Source: Chrysomallon squamiferum (taxonomy: Eukaryota; Animalia; Mollusca). From it: a stretch of 64,000 bases of DNA. Positions 52,379-64,000 of this stretch are shown here, piece after piece. The notes under the pieces were generated by a model. It was given only the letters and a program-made list of their open reading frames with translations. It was not told where the DNA came from and did no database searches. Position 1 is the stretch's first letter. Each line of letters opens with the position of its first letter. The stretch is from the NCBI GenBank assembly GCA_012295275.1, contig CM022665.1, positions 3,348,001-3,412,000 on the forward strand, in the 5' to 3' direction. Made by a program: the position numbers and the translations under genes.

Positions 52379-52753
52379 ATTTGTAGATACTGAGCGGGAA
52401 TTCTTTCGACGTATCAGCGATGTATTGCATCTGATGCAAATTAAAGAAGTATCTAATATATTGTATTTACCATGCATCACCAGTATTCTCTTGTGTAAAC
52501 CAGGTCATCGGTTTGTTTCCATTTTGACTGGATCATTAAATAGACAATGATAGTGGTACTGGTCATTTTAATAGAATCAGAATCGCATCGAGTTCCCAGA
52601 CACAAACAACAAAGTTTCGATCAGTTATATTTATTTGCCGATGCTTTCGTTGATAGTTATACCTATGTAATTTCTTTTTTTCTTGTTTTACTTTTTTATC
52701 ATTATTTTTTTAAAGCTGCAAAGTTTTCATATTACAAAAACAATGTGTGTGTT

Positions 52754-52802
<49 letters not shown>

Positions 52803-52849
52803 ATATTTCTAAAAATATGTAAAGTATAATAATGATGATCAAGCTAAAA

Positions 52850-52922
<73 letters not shown>

Positions 52923-53620
52923 GAATTATGAATATGAATTTAAATAATATGAATAATACGAAGAAGAAGAAGAAGAAGAAGAAGAAGAAGAAGAAGAAAG
53001 AAAATATTAATTTATAGATTTTAAGTAAGTATTATTGCTAAGTTTTACAAAACAGAGTATATAGTATATTAGTAAATGTTTCAGCCAATCTTCAGAGTGT
53101 ACTGAACATATCTCAAAATTCAGAATTTCTCAAACTCTCTTTCCAGAATGGCATTGTTAGTTTTTCTGTTAACAGATGTACTCCGTATTCCCCTGCCAAT
53201 TGCTTTGCGTATCAAACAAATATTCTTGAAAGAAGATATTTTGCAATCTTCAACAGAGCTTATCTGTTTTGCCAAAACCAGCCCGGAAGAATCCATTGTC
53301 GGCAATAGAGGTCAAAGGTTTTCCTTCTGTTCCGTTGGCGAATAAAGCTGTTATTTTAATACGTCTCACTAAATAATGAAATGTTTTTCTCCGTTCATGA
53401 TATCAGTTAGAAGAACGTCATTAGTAAATCCGTGCAAATTTTGGTGGTTATTATGTTGCTATAGAAGCTGGTGTTACCTACAGGACGATTCCATGCGCCC
53501 ACCACAGTGGCGATAGTTCCTCTTTTTTTCAAGGTGGGCACTGTATTTTCTTCTTCAACTGCCGCTAGTCAGAACGTTCTAACAAGTGGATTTATATTAG
53601 CTACATAATTATACTTCAGA

Positions 53621-62855
<9,235 letters not shown>

Positions 62856-63638
62856 GATAACAAAACCACTGTGTATTCTAAGAATACACAAATTTAATTA
62901 CGTACTGGACGCTGACCACTTTTGTCATAATGTATTAATCTGCGATTTAGTCCACGTTAACAATTACTACTATAGCGTACTCAGGAACATTTTATATAAA
63001 TTTATTTATTTTAGAATTTTTTTTTAGGATTATTGTTTGATTGAGACTGGTTTGAATTTGGTTTTTTATAAATAGCGGAAATTGTTCTGTAAACTTTATT
63101 ACTAGCAGTTAGAGTATATAATTATTTTTAGACAGCAGCAGGAACAATAAATAAATAAATAAATAAATAAATAAAATAGAAGAAAAGCAACAAAACATAC
63201 AAATACAATTAAATGCATGTTAATCTGAAATCGTGATTTATCTGTTGTGATTTATGCCAAGTGATCTATTTTATAAAACCTTATTCCTTGATGACAGTCG
63301 CCATTTTTAATGATTTATTTTTTGTTGTTTTCTATCCTTATGTTATACATAATAATAGCAGTTATATTTTTTGTTTGATATTCATGCATTTGTTCTTAAT
63401 ATATTATTGTTTCGCTAATAATTACAATTTTGTTATCTATTTATTTATTTATAAGCACAAATAATTACGTTTTCGTTTCATTCATGTCAGTAGTTGAATA
63501 AAACATACTGTGTGTTGTGAATGTTATAGATTTAAATATGTACTGTTTGACGTGTACATCATTAACCGATATATAGAGATATGAAATAAAATTAAATGTT
63601 ATCGTATAATCTTGTGTTGTTATCACTTCAAGCGAATG

Positions 63639-64000
63639 TAAATTTGTACCACTGGTGATGCGAATAAAAAAAAAAAAAAAAAATAATAATAATCTATATG
63701 TATTCTGCAAACTTTCAAGCTATGTTTTATTTGGTTTATGTCATCAAATTTTTATTAATAACGACGTATAGCAAAAATAGTGTGAAGTTAAAAAATATCC
63801 AGGCGAAGCCATTTTTCTGTAGTCGTGACGTCATCACGTACGAAACCGATCAATTTGCTTTTGGTTTTTCTAGCGTTTGAGGAATAACAATAATAATCCA
63901 ATTGTAAATGGGTAAACTGTCATAATATAAATGTTTTGAACATATAATTTTATTGTCATACTTTATTCTTAATGACCATAGGTCACTGAAACCAAATAAA
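63639..64000. mobile_element. Second, diverged copy of the same MITE family, cut by the window end
   Basis: Shares gtacca.tgg..cgaat, tttcaag..tttatttggttta, gttaaaaaata and gccatttt.ctgtag..gtgacgtcat with the 28.5-29.1 kb element, and ends in aaaccaaataaa like its right arm. Confidence 0.6.

Noticed and set aside
53120-53345. Two short ORFs in non-repetitive sequence
   Set aside because: No motif recognised; the region is more likely the Chd64-like promoter.

Overview
AT-rich, microsatellite-dense animal DNA with spliceosomal GT-AG introns, most likely a lophotrochozoan/mollusc (inference from gene content and repeat style). It holds five protein-coding genes. (1) A minus-strand giantin/GOLGB1-like coiled-coil gene (ATG 15471, running off the left edge) whose >7.5-kb exon contains about 3.8 tandem copies of a ~1797-bp (599-codon) unit with several small frameshifts. 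(2) Rapsyn on the plus strand (6 coding exons, 21139-35929, 420 aa). (3) A minus-strand uncharacterised gene with one coding exon (39033-39962). (4) An intronless, divergent nAChR-like Cys-loop receptor lacking the canonical acetylcholine-binding residues (50569-51780). (5) A Chd64/myophilin/transgelin-like calponin-homology gene (53621-62855). Non-coding features include two copies of a palindromic, CRE-bearing Kolobok/T2-like MITE, a second foldback element, a 25-bp minisatellite and many simple repeats. No CRISPR, rRNA or tRNA was seen. All family calls come from reading the sequence and recalled motifs; no searches were run.
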